NCBI GenBank assembly: GCA_033762915.1
Contig: JANRLD010000119.1
Coordinates: 1-35,451 of the forward strand
Source: Meiothermus sp.
GTDB taxonomy: Bacteria; Deinococcota; Deinococci; Deinococcales; Thermaceae
DNA length: 35,451 nt
Direction of reading: 5' to 3'
Below are positions 21,103 through 30,194 of the stretch, in pieces. Both the position numbers and the translations under genes were made by a program. The notes beneath the pieces were generated by a model. It was not told the DNA's origin. It saw nothing but the letters and a program-made list of their open reading frames with translations, and made no database searches. The first letter of the stretch is position 1. Each line of letters begins with the position of its first letter.

Positions 21103-21905
21103 GCCACGAGCAACTCCCCCCAGGGGACACCCCCCACGCCCACGGCGGGGTCTGCCAGATCCGCGCCGAGAACATCCACAAGCGCTTCGGGCCGCTCGAG
21201 GTGCTCAAGGGGGTCTCGCTGACCGTCAACAAGGGCGAGGTGGTGGTGATTATGGGGCCATCCGGCTCCGGCAAGACCACCTTCATCCGCTGCCTGAACT
21301 TCCTCGAGGAGCCCGACCAGGGCCGGGTGATGGTCTGCAACCTGGACGTGGACTGCGCTGAAAAGAACCCCAGCCGAACCCGTGGCCGCACCATCCGCCA
21401 ACTCCGGGTCAAGGCCGCGATGGTCTTCCAGTCGTTCAACCTCTACCCCCATATGACCGCTCTGGGCAACGTCATCGAGGGACCGGTGCAGGTGCTGGGC
21501 ATGGGGCGCGAGGAAGCCACCCGCGTCGGCGAGGCCCTACTCAAAAAGGTGGGCCTATCCGACAAGCGCGACGAACACCCCTCGAGGCTCTCCGGCGGGC
21601 AGAAGCAGCGGGTCGCCATCGCCCGCGCCCTGGCCATGAACCCCGAGGTGGTGCTCTTCGACGAGCCCACCAGTGCCTTAGACCCCGAGTTGCACGAGGA
21701 GGTACTGCAAACCATGCGCCAACTCGCCAAGGAGGGCATGACCATGATCGTGGTCACCCACGAGGTGGCCTTCGCCCGTGAGGTGGCCGACCGGGTGGTG
21801 TTCATGGCCGACGGGGTGGTGCTGGAGGAGGGGCCACCGGGCGAGCTCCTGGTCAACCCCAAGCACCCCCGCACCCGCAGCTTTCTGCGGCTGGTCGAGC
21901 ACTAG
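21099..21905 (+). CDS. Polar amino-acid ABC ATPase
   Basis: [28 protein letters not shown] overlap with the permease. Start moved from 20391. Confidence 0.94.
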   Translation: MSHEQLPPGDTPHAHGGVCQIRAENIHKRFGPLEVLKGVSLTVNKGEVVVIMGPSGSGKTTFIRCLNFLEEPDQGRVMVCNLDVDCAEKNPSRTRGRTIRQLRVKAAMVFQSFNLYPHMTALGNVIEGPVQVLGMGREEATRVGEALLKKVGLSDKRDEHPSRLSGGQKQRVAIARALAMNPEVVLFDEPTSALDPELHEEVLQTMRQLAKEGMTMIVVTHEVAFAREVADRVVFMADGVVLEEGPPGELLVNPKHPRTRSFLRLVEH

Positions 21906-22052
21906 GCTGTAGGCTGGAGGAGGACGTATTTAGGCCCACAGGCTACCCGGTCAGGTGCGGCTGCTCTGAGCCTAGGGCACGATCCGTTGCTGGGCCTTGA
22001 GCGGGTTCTATTCATCCTGCGCCACCGCAGCGGCGCGAACCTCCCGGCTCCC

Positions 22053-22521
22053 TTAGTAGCGCTGGAGTATCTCTTTCATCAGAGCGATCTCCGCCTCCTG
22101 CGACCGCACGATCTCCCGGCAGAGGGCGATGACCTCCGGGTCGGTCAGGGATGCCTCCCGGCACATCAGGATAGCGCCGGAGTGGTGGGGGATCATCGAG
22201 CGCAGGAACTCAGCGTCACCGACGGCGGCCTGCGTCCGCATGGCCGCGAAGCTGGCCGCAAAGACCGCGACCGCGCCGACGAACACCGCCGCGTTGGCCC
22301 GCCTCGAGGAGAACATCGAGCGCATGGTGTAGGTCATGATGGCGGCCATTGGGGCGACCATCATCAGGGTCATGTAGGCATTGTTAAGGTTCAGGGTAGA
22401 AGTGGCTGAGGCTGGCGATCATGGTGTACATCACCAGATACATAACGACAAAATCCACCGCCAGTTCGGCGGCCAGCCGTCGGTAGCTGCCCTTGATGTG
22501 CGATCCGTCGTGTGCCTGCAC
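22053..22521 (-). pseudogene. Membrane-anchored DUF305 protein with a +1 frameshift
   Basis: GTG at 22521 gives VQAHDGSHIKGSYRRLAAELAVDFVVMYLVMYTMIASLSHFY. An extra C at 22394-22396 breaks FYLNLNNAYMTLMM; the second half carries FLRSMIPHHSGAILMC. Confidence 0.8.
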
Positions 22522-22697
22522 CTCAACCCCCTGCGCGGCCTCAAGAATCGGGCTTTTTGCCCTCGGGCGAGTATCCCAGCCTCGCCTATTGGCCGGCTCA
22601 GTCCGTGCTGAAAGTTTTGAGACGCGCCTCCTCGGAGGTTTTGCTTGAGGGTATCGGCTATGTCTAAGCTCCGGCCAGTCCGACCACTTCGGCCAGT

Positions 22698-23888
22698 TCA
22701 GCCAAGCCGTCGTGCGGAGGGACTCCGGCCTACCCCGGCGGTGGATTCACCCGACAAGACTGCGTTCGCGGCGGCTACAACCCTTGCAGCTACCTGAGGC
22801 ACGGTCAGGTTGGCGACGCTCTGACGGGCCGCCTGGGTCATACGCTGGCGGGTCTCTTGGGAACTGGAGAGGGCCTTGTCGAGCGCCCGGTAGCTGGCCT
22901 CGAGGTCGTCGGGCACGAAGTGCCACCCGTTATTGCCGTCCAGGATCAGTTCCTCAACGGCTTGGCTGTAGAGGCTGCCCAGCATCGGCACCCCGCAGGC
23001 CAGTGACTCGTTGACCACCAGCCCCCACTCATCTGCCAGGGTCGGGAAGACCGAGAAATCCGCCTTGGCGTAGGCTTCGGCCACCTGCTCATAGGGGACA
23101 GCCCCCTTGCAGATTACCTTGAGATTGGGGGGATAGACCCCCTGCTCGATTTCCTGACGCATGGAACCGTCTCCGATCAGGGTGAACTCGAGCGAACGCT
23201 TGGGGTGTTCCTGTGCCCAGCGGCGCAACACCGGTAAAAACAACGCCAGACCCTTGAGTGGGATCAGCCGGCCCACATAGACCAGACGCGAGGCCAGCGC
23301 CGCAGGGGCCTCGCGCCGCTCGGCAACCGGCTCGAACAGACGGGTGTCGCAGGTGTAGGGCACATGGAAGACAGGCACTCTGATGGGTGCAACCGAGCGC
23401 AGGTAGCGCTCGCCGCTCTGACCATTGACGATAAACCCGTCGGCTCCCCGCAGCAGCCACCTGCGCAGCAGGTTCCGCAGCCTCCCGCGTCCTTGCTCGC
23501 TGCTTTCTGAGAGGGTGGCCCAGATGATCAGCCGAGAGCGCGGGTTGAACAGGCGGTATATCCGGGCGAACACGGTTCTGAGTCCCAGTTCCCCGGAGAT
23601 GACCAGATCAGGACGACTGTGCGACAACTGCGGCAGGGTGTCGTAGGGGATGTGAACATACACACTGTCCTCGAACCCCTTGGGATGCTTCCAGGGCTGA
23701 CGGAACATCCAGCTTTTCTGCCGCACCACGTCAATGCGGCCCCAGCGGGCCTTCCACTCGCGGTTGGGTTCCATTTCAGTCGAGATCAGCACCCGGAACT
23801 GGGCGAATGAGGCCCCCAACTGCTCAAACAAAGGCACTTTATAGGGAGGGATAAAGTTGGTGAGGAGGGTAAGACGACGATTATCCAT
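22698..23888 (-). CDS. Glycosyltransferase family 4 (GT-B)
   Basis: LVYVGRLIPLKG; FPTLADEWGLVVNESLACGVP (E-x7-E). Confidence 0.9.
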   Translation of the reverse strand: MDNRRLTLLTNFIPPYKVPLFEQLGASFAQFRVLISTEMEPNREWKARWGRIDVVRQKSWMFRQPWKHPKGFEDSVYVHIPYDTLPQLSHSRPDLVISGELGLRTVFARIYRLFNPRSRLIIWATLSESSEQGRGRLRNLLRRWLLRGADGFIVNGQSGERYLRSVAPIRVPVFHVPYTCDTRLFEPVAERREAPAALASRLVYVGRLIPLKGLALFLPVLRRWAQEHPKRSLEFTLIGDGSMRQEIEQGVYPPNLKVICKGAVPYEQVAEAYAKADFSVFPTLADEWGLVVNESLACGVPMLGSLYSQAVEELILDGNNGWHFVPDDLEASYRALDKALSSSQETRQRMTQAARQSVANLTVPQVAARVVAAANAVLSGESTAGVGRSPSARRLG

Positions 23889-23940
23889 GATGCTGACCTC
23901 GAGGCTGATGTGGGTGGTGGCCCGGAGGGGCGGCCTCCAC
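23881..23940 (-). CDS. Putative leaderless 19-aa His-rich peptide (MEAAPPGHHPHQPRGQHHG)
   Basis: GTG 6 nt after TAATCT; 5 His; TAA overlaps the start of the GT4 gene. Confidence 0.35.
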   Translation of the reverse strand: MEAAPPGHHPHQPRGQHHG

Positions 23941-23946
23941 AGTGTG

Positions 23947-23979
23947 AGATTAGGGTGTGCGTATTAAGTTCTTGTAAAG
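23947..23979 (-). promoter_or_regulatory. Tandem box and TAATCT -10
   Basis: Reverse complement of 23962-23979 is CTTTACAAGAACTTAATA, identical to 2047-2064; 9 nt; TAATCT. Confidence 0.7.
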
Positions 23980-24102
23980 GGGTCGGTTGAGACCGTCCCT
24001 ACCGCTCAGGTTCGCCCGGCTGGTGATGTTCACACCCTGCACTCTGGTGCTAAACTTGGTCTAACTTAAATCTCCTTAGTGGATTGGTGGCTTGACCACA
24101 GG

Positions 24103-24480
24103 TCAGTTTTGGGCTTTTGGGCCACTCATTGCCTCGTTTTCAACCATCGCGCCCCAAGGTCAATCCCCAGAACCACGGCCCCGTCAACACATTGTTGAAC
24201 CCATAAGCCAGTTCCTTAGCGGCGTTATCAGGTGTCTGTACGCAGGCATTGACCCGCACATCTGGTTTTTTTGCGGTAGGCCTGGAACAGCTCACCCACC
24301 TCCTCGACCAGCAGCAAGAGACTCTGGGCGGGAGTGTTGTTGCTGTAACCTTAGTTCGATGAGCCTTGAAGCGACATATTTCCGGAGGTGATGTAACGTC
24401 CCCAATTCGATTTCCAACTTTACTATCGCAAAGTTCTTTGTTTTCCTAAGTGCATCAAATGTATTGAGGATACAGTTCAT
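24103..24480 (-). pseudogene. Decayed MazG-like nucleotide pyrophosphohydrolase
   Basis: Collinear fragments in shifting frames: TLHHLRKYVASRLIEL / GYSNNTPAQSLLLLVEEVGELFQAYRKK / DNAAKELAYGFNNVL / AVVLGIDLG / AMVENEAM; low GC. Confidence 0.65.
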
Positions 24481-25166
24481 CTGCCCAATACCCAGCGCAA
24501 GTCCTCGAGCATCCGCCCGATCTGGGCGGGCTTGCCGTTGCCGTAGAGTAGCCTGAGCTTGCCCGAGGGGTCGATCAGGAAGGTGGTGGCGGTGTGATCC
24601 ACGTTGTACTCGGTGGCCGACTTGATGTTGCTTTTGATATAAAACACCCCAAAGCCCTTGGCGGTCTCGGCAATCTGCTCAGAGGTGCCGGTTAAGCCCA
24701 AAAACTTAGGGTGAAAAAAGCGCACGTATTTTTCCAGCACCTCGGGGGTGTCGCGCTCGGGGTCGGCGGTGATCAGCAGCACTTGCACCTTGGATTGCTC
24801 GGCGGGGTTGAGGGCTTGGTAGACCTTTTTGAGTTCGCTCAGGGTGGTGGGGCACACGTCGGGGCAGTTGACGAAGCCGAAGAAGATGTAGACCGCCTTG
24901 CCGCGAAAGTCCGAGAGCTTGTACGGTTTGTTGTCGTTGCCGACTAGGCTGAAGTCGTAGGCGGGCCGCTCGCTGACCAGCCGGGTGCCGTAGGGACCGT
25001 AGGGGCGCAGGTTGGGCAGCACGAACAGCCCCGCCGCACCGATCAGGATGACCACTACCAGCGCGGCCCAGGTGATGCGCCGGATGGTTCGCAGCAGCCG
25101 CAGGTGCCGCACGTCGGCGTTCTCGAGGTCGGGCTTGGGAGGGTTGGGTAGGGGGGTTGGTTCCAT
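24477..25166 (-). CDS. SCO1/SenC family copper chaperone
   Basis: N-terminal TM helix; FFGFVNCPDVCP; YNVDHTA. Confidence 0.94.
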   Translation of the reverse strand: MEPTPLPNPPKPDLENADVRHLRLLRTIRRITWAALVVVILIGAAGLFVLPNLRPYGPYGTRLVSERPAYDFSLVGNDNKPYKLSDFRGKAVYIFFGFVNCPDVCPTTLSELKKVYQALNPAEQSKVQVLLITADPERDTPEVLEKYVRFFHPKFLGLTGTSEQIAETAKGFGVFYIKSNIKSATEYNVDHTATTFLIDPSGKLRLLYGNGKPAQIGRMLEDLRWVLGR

Positions 25167-25176
25167 CACCACATCC

Positions 25177-25623
25177 TTAGCGGTTTTGCACGCTCAGGGT
25201 CAGGCGGGCGGTGGCCCCGCCCTCGAAGCGCAGGGTCAGGGTGACTTGCTCGCCCTCGCGCAGCGGGCGCTTAAGGCCCATCAGCATCAGGTGCTTGCCA
25301 CCCGGCTTAAGCTCGAGCCGTCCGCCCGCTGGAATCTCCAGGAAGCGCACCTCGCGCATCCCCTGAATCTCGGCCCCGTCGCGGGTCTCGCGGTAGTCTG
25401 TCATGGGCATCACCATGCCCGCGACCTCAGTCGAGCCCCCAGTGAGACGCAAGGCCCGGCCCGTCGGGTTGGACAAGACCATATAGGCGGTGGTGTTTTT
25501 CAGGGTGGGCGGGGTCAGGCGCACCCAGCCCTCGAGCAGCCGCACCCCGGCGGCGGGCTGGGCCAAGCTGGGCAGGCCAAGGGCCAGTGCCAGGAGCAGG
25601 AGGAAGAGTTTTATTGTTTTCAT
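25177..25623 (-). CDS. Periplasmic copper chaperone PCuAC
   Basis: Signal peptide; WVR..PP...TTAYM; M..GM..GGKHLMLMGL. Confidence 0.93.
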   Translation of the reverse strand: MKTIKLFLLLLALALGLPSLAQPAAGVRLLEGWVRLTPPTLKNTTAYMVLSNPTGRALRLTGGSTEVAGMVMPMTDYRETRDGAEIQGMREVRFLEIPAGGRLELKPGGKHLMLMGLKRPLREGEQVTLTLRFEGGATARLTLSVQNR

Positions 25624-25635
25624 GGCTGCGGAGGA

Positions 25636-26076
25636 CTAAGGTTTGTAGACGAAGACGTAGAAGCCTGTGGTGCGGTGGCTGTCGGTACTCAGAACCTGCC
25701 ACATCACCACATAGGCTCCGGCCTTGAGGCCCGACTTGAGACCGATGACCACCTGTTTGGCGCTGCGGCCCGTGGTTTGTAGGCCGCTGTCGGCACGCTC
25801 AGTCTGGTCATTTCGGGCTCGCAGCACCCGTCGAACGAGGCCGTCGGCCAGGCTGTTCAGCCGCCGAAAGCTGGAGAGGTCGGCAGCAGTGGCGGCGAGT
25901 GGGTAGACCTTGAAGGTCGAGAGCCGCAGTTCCACGGGCTCTTGCATGTTAAGGGTCACTTGGCTGGGCATTGCCCGCAGCACCGCGTCCTGGGCGGGGC
26001 TGCTGCTGACCATCCCGGCGTGGGCCAGGGCCAGGCCGCCGATCAGGGCGGCGAGGGATAAGACTATGGGTTTCAC
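25636..26076 (-). CDS. copC: CopC-family copper-binding protein
   Basis: ALA|HAGMVSSSPA (mature His1); YVVMWQVLSTDSHRTTG. Confidence 0.85.
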   Translation of the reverse strand: MKPIVLSLAALIGGLALAHAGMVSSSPAQDAVLRAMPSQVTLNMQEPVELRLSTFKVYPLAATAADLSSFRRLNSLADGLVRRVLRARNDQTERADSGLQTTGRSAKQVVIGLKSGLKAGAYVVMWQVLSTDSHRTTGFYVFVYKP

Positions 26077-26084
26077 CTTTTACC

Positions 26085-26483
26085 TCAGTTGACGAAGAAT
26101 ATGCTGTTCATGATGAACGGCGGCACTTGTTTTCCCGGCATGGGCCGCCCCATTAAGACGAGGAAGTACGGCCCGGCCTTGGGGAAGACCACCTTGCCCT
26201 CCATCCGCCCGGTGGTAGGGTTCTTGGTCAGCCGCACGCTGGCATCGGGCTTGGCCTGGGCGCTGACCTGTCCCTGATAGAACAGCAGGGTGCAGAAGCA
26301 GTCCTCGGGGTTGATGTTGCGCCCCCCTACCGAGATGAACTGTACCCAGGCCAGGGTCTGCACCCCCACCGTGGGCTGGTCGTTGGGGTCGAACTTCACG
26401 TCGCCCTGCACGAAGCCCCCGTCGCTGAAGGGGTGGGCCAGGGCGGCCACTAACAACAAGACTGCGGCTAACAAGCGTTGCAC
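26085..26483 (-). CDS. Exported hypothetical protein with mature N-terminal His and CxC
   Basis: ALA|HPFSDGG; DPNDQP; DCFCTL; FPKAGPYFL; GAGGGG RBS. Confidence 0.75.
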   Translation of the reverse strand: MQRLLAAVLLLVAALAHPFSDGGFVQGDVKFDPNDQPTVGVQTLAWVQFISVGGRNINPEDCFCTLLFYQGQVSAQAKPDASVRLTKNPTTGRMEGKVVFPKAGPYFLVLMGRPMPGKQVPPFIMNSIFFVN

Positions 26484-26548
26484 TCTAACACCCCTCTCGG
26501 CCCGTCAGCGGAGACAGGCGCGGGTCTCGAGACCTTCTGCCGAGGCGG

Positions 26549-26932
26549 CTAGGCTGGGGCGGGAGGTGCTCGAGGGGCGTTGTGGGGTGCAGGCCGGGGC
26601 GACGCGACCAAAGCGTAGGCGACCGGAGCGGCGCTCGAGACCTGCGCGAAGCCGACGGGCCGATGCCCGGAGGGCATGGCGGCGACCAGATGCACGAAGC
26701 AAACCAGGCAGTGCTCGTGCGAGACCGACTGGTGCTGGGGGTGGGGGTCGCCGCCGTCGAAGCTACAGAGCTGGCCCTGGTTGAAGGCGGCGATCTGGTC
26801 GAGCCCGATGGCCTCGGGCGCGGGGGCGGTCATCAGCCACCCGCGCAGCCCCGCCTGCGCGGCCAGCAGCAACAGCACCGCCACTAAGCCCCAGCGGAGG
26901 TCGAATAGTCGGGCGGCGGCAGGCATGGTCAT
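26549..26932 (-). CDS. DUF2946-like leader protein (CruR/CutF-like) with CxxC and C-terminal RAPP
   Basis: Leaderless TACCCT-7nt-ATG; signal/TM segment; LC...HPQHQSVSHEHCLVC; ends PRAPPAPA. Confidence 0.8.
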   Translation of the reverse strand: MTMPAAARLFDLRWGLVAVLLLLAAQAGLRGWLMTAPAPEAIGLDQIAAFNQGQLCSFDGGDPHPQHQSVSHEHCLVCFVHLVAAMPSGHRPVGFAQVSSAAPVAYALVASPRPAPHNAPRAPPAPA

Positions 26933-27034
26933 TGGGGTCAGGGTATGCGGCGAACGCGGGACGATAGTCCCCGGCGGGCGGTGTACACCAGTATACAGAC
27001 ACTTGAGCAGCTTCTCAGGTATTCTAAGCGAACC

Positions 27035-27553
27035 ATGAATCCCGACGGCTCCGACAGTCCCCCGGCCCGCGAGGCCCCCGGCCCCTTCGCCGACCCCCGG
27101 TTGCGCTGGGCGGCGGCGCTGCTGATGGCTCCTTTCTTCCTGCAACTGCTGGGGTTCGGCTCGAGCGTTTTAGGTGCGGGTTTGTGCGGCGACCTCTTTG
27201 GGCGCAACAACCCGCTGGGCTTCCAGAGTCCGCTGTTTTGGTACGCGATGGCTTTTATGATCTTGCTGGGGCTTCAGTTGGCCTATGCGGCGGTTCTGTT
27301 GTTGGCAGGGCTGCTCGAGATGCCCCCCGAGGGTGCTAAGGGCTTGTTCGGCTTTGGGATTGGATTGGTTGTGGTCATTGTGCTGCTATTTGTTCTTACC
27401 CGAAGCACTGGAATCCCGGCCCCCGCTGCCCAGGGCCTGGTCTTCGAGCGGGCCGACCTCGACCCGCTGTCGCTGCTGCTGGTGGGGCTGAGCGTGGGCG
27501 GCGGTTGGCTGCTGCGGAGCCTGGGCGCGAGGGCTCGCGCCCTCAGACCATGA
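27035..27553 (+). CDS. Hypothetical membrane protein (about 4 TM)
   Basis: TATTCT 9 nt before ATG; hydrophobic helices; LTRSTGIP motif. Confidence 0.7.
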   Translation: MNPDGSDSPPAREAPGPFADPRLRWAAALLMAPFFLQLLGFGSSVLGAGLCGDLFGRNNPLGFQSPLFWYAMAFMILLGLQLAYAAVLLLAGLLEMPPEGAKGLFGFGIGLVVVIVLLFVLTRSTGIPAPAAQGLVFERADLDPLSLLLVGLSVGGGWLLRSLGARARALRP

Positions 27554-27873
27554 GGGCGTGGCTGAGCCGCCTGGCGCGACGGCCCGCCGCCCGCGACGGC
27601 CTTCGGCTGGGTGGCAAACTTTTGCTGCTGCAAGTCTTGATCGAAATACCGTTCCTGATCCTCGAGGCCACCCTGCTGGTGGGCGCGGTTAACGGCGGGG
27701 CACGGAGCCTCCCCCTCTGGCAGGGGGCACTGCTGGTGGCTGCCGTCTACCTGCTGATCGAGGCGGGTTTTTGGCTGGTGCAACGCTGGCGTGGTAACCC
27801 TGCCCACCGTTGGTTCGAGAGCGAGCGGCTGTTGGTGGGGTGGATCTGGAACCGAGTGAGGCGGATCGTGTAG
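27550..27873 (+). CDS. Hypothetical small membrane protein
   Basis: ATGA overlap with the previous gene; two hydrophobic helices. Confidence 0.6.
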   Translation: MRAWLSRLARRPAARDGLRLGGKLLLLQVLIEIPFLILEATLLVGAVNGGARSLPLWQGALLVAAVYLLIEAGFWLVQRWRGNPAHRWFESERLLVGWIWNRVRRIV

Positions 27874-28025
27874 CGCGGCAAGCCCTGACCGACAATAACT
27901 CGCCCAGCGTAACGCTGAACCCGGCTTGCACGCAGCATAGGACATCTCCACCCTGGCCTTAATGCTCGAGTTTTGACGATCTTTTCACGCGCCCCCCGGT
28001 ACAACATGGGGTCAAGGGGGTAAGT

Positions 28026-29114
28026 GTGAAACCAGTCAACATCCGGGGTCGTGCAGCGGCAGCGCTGGCGTTCCTGTCGCTTTCGGCCTACGCCCACTGG
28101 TCGGACTTGGCGGTGGCCGAGGTCGCGGTGGGCGAGCGTGACGTGGCGATGACCCTGACCTTCCCCACCGGGCTGGTGGCGCGGATGGACGACGACAAGA
28201 ACGGGGTACTATCTAACGAGGAGATAACCCGCAACAAGACCGCAATCGTCGGGTTCTTCGCCAAGCAAGTCAGAATGACCTCGGGTGAGACCGAGGGGCA
28301 GCTCGAGGTGTCGTCCGTTACGATTGGCACGTCCCCACCTAGCCTGGGGCCGCAGCGCAGCACCCACAGCAGCCTGAGGCTGACCTACCGCTGGGCCGAG
28401 CCGGTCTCCGGCCTCGTCATTGATTACAACCTGTTTTTGCCGGGGGTCTCCACCGCGAGCTGCGTCGCCACCATTTTGTACGAGGGAAAGGTGCAGGACT
28501 TCTTGTTCCGGCCCGATAGTCGCCGCTTCGCCCTGGCCAGCGAAGCCGCCCAGCAGACCTTGACCAGCTTCGTCAAGCTCGGCATCGGGCACATCCTGAG
28601 CGGGTGGGATCACCTGCTATTCGTAATCGCGCTGGTAGCCCTGGGCGGCGGGCTGGGCTACTTGCTCAAGGTCATCACCGCCTTCACCCTTGCCCACTCG
28701 GTCACTCTGATCCTGGGCACCCTGGGCCTGGTGGAGCTGCCTTCGAGGCTAATCGAGAGCATGATCGCCCTCTCGATTGCCTACGTGGCCTTCGAGAACC
28801 TCTACCGCAGGGACACCGCGCGGCTTATTCAGCGGCGCTGGATTGCGGCCTTCGGCTTCGGGCTGTTCCACGGCCTGGGCTTCGCCGGAATCCTAGCCGA
28901 GATCGAGCTACCAAAGGCCAATTTCCTGCTCTCGCTGTTGAGCTTCAACCTGGGGGTCGAGATCGGACAACTGATGGTGGTGATCCCAGCCTTCCTGCTG
29001 CTGACCCTGCTGGCCAGATGGCACTGGCAACCGACCTTGCGACGGGCCATTTCCCTGTTCGCCATCGCGGCGGGGTTGTTCTGGTTCGTACAGCGTGCGT
29101 TTTTGAACGCCTGA
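28026..29114 (+). CDS. HupE/UreJ-family protein (exported N-domain plus membrane domain)
   Basis: AYA|HWS; GIGHILSGWDHLLF, TAFTLAHSVTL, FGLFHGLGFA, FNLGVEIGQ. Confidence 0.92.
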   Translation: MKPVNIRGRAAAALAFLSLSAYAHWSDLAVAEVAVGERDVAMTLTFPTGLVARMDDDKNGVLSNEEITRNKTAIVGFFAKQVRMTSGETEGQLEVSSVTIGTSPPSLGPQRSTHSSLRLTYRWAEPVSGLVIDYNLFLPGVSTASCVATILYEGKVQDFLFRPDSRRFALASEAAQQTLTSFVKLGIGHILSGWDHLLFVIALVALGGGLGYLLKVITAFTLAHSVTLILGTLGLVELPSRLIESMIALSIAYVAFENLYRRDTARLIQRRWIAAFGFGLFHGLGFAGILAEIELPKANFLLSLLSFNLGVEIGQLMVVIPAFLLLTLLARWHWQPTLRRAISLFAIAAGLFWFVQRAFLNA

Positions 29115-29120
29115 GAAATA

Positions 29121-30194
29121 AGTATCTCCATACTAAGAATGCGAAATCTCAACAGCTCCAAGTAGGTTGAGAGCGTCGTTCAGAGCGTTGAGGAGTTGAA
29201 GTCGGGAGTTGTAGTAACGCCTAGGGAGAAGAAAGCCCTTGAGTCGCTTCCAGACGGTCTCGATGCGATTGAAGTGTGGGGAGTAGGGTGGTTGGAACCA
29301 GAGGGTCAGACCCATCTGTTGCCAGCGAGCAAGTTGCTTCTTGATACGCTTAGCCTTGTGAAAACCTGCGTTGTCGAGGACGACAGTGACGGGGATTTGT
29401 TGCTGCTGAGTTTGTTGTGCCAAGGACTCGAGGTAGATTTCGACCTGTTCAGAGGTGCAACGGCCTTCTAGGATCTGGTATTCCAGCACTTGAGTGTCTT
29501 TGTGGCACGACAGGGAACCGATAACATTGATGCGCCCCGCATTGCCCCAGTGCTTGGGCACACGCAGGGGATGGTTCTTGGGACTCCAGGTGTAGCTCAA
29601 GGGCAGAGACAAGCTGAACCCCGCCTCATCGAGATACTTCAGGGTGATCTCGCCGTCCTCAGCCTTTTTTTCAATCCGTCTAGGGTCTTGGTAGCTTCCA
29701 CGAGTACCTCAGCACTGGGGGTTTTCACCGGCACATAACGCTGACGCTGCCATGTGTAGCCCATCTCCAACAGGCACACCCGCACACTCTCTCGATTCAC
29801 CCTCAGCCCGAACTTCTCGTTCACTACTTCGGCCAAAGTCGTGGCTGTCCAGCTTCGATCTTCAGCCAGTTTCTCCTTCAGGAAGGCTTTCTCCGCCTCA
29901 CCCAAGGGGCTACAACGACCAAAGTCTTCACCATATCTATCCGCCAGCCCCTCCATCCCTCGACTTTCCCAGCGATCAAAGCACCGCTGTATGGTGCTGT
30001 CGTCCCGCCCAACCAGTGCCGCTATTTTAGCTACCTCTACACCGTGGTGTGACAGGCGAAGTACCCTAGCCCGTAGTCGTACCTTTTCCGACAAGCCTGT
30101 GTTCCCCTCTACCTCCCACAACGCCGCATCCTCAGCCTCACTTAACTTCACATACCGCGCCGCTGGCATTTCGCAATTCTACTATGGAGATACT
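29121..30194 (-). mobile_element. IS630-family insertion sequence, apparently intact (1074 bp)
   Basis: Imperfect terminal inverted repeats AGTATCTCCATACTAAGAATGCGAAAT / AGTATCTCCATAGTAGAATTGCGAAAT; TA duplication at 29119-29120 and 30195-30196; lower GC. Confidence 0.93.
29133..30169 (-). CDS. IS630 transposase, two ORFs joined by a -1 shift at an A7 run (29665-29671)
   Basis: ORF1 HTH domains ending GLKK; -1 frame continues AEDGEITLKYLDEAGF...VLDNAGFHK...PPYSPHFNRIETVW (DDE). Confidence 0.9.

Noticed and set aside
24092..24391. Plus-strand 99-aa ORF in the AT-rich patch
   Set aside because: No RBS or motifs; the minus strand carries the MazG-like remnants
27958..28006. Possible sixth tandem box upstream of hupE/ureJ (CTTAATG...TTTTGAC...TTTTCAC)
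   Set aside because: Half-site sequence and spacing deviate too much from the other five copies
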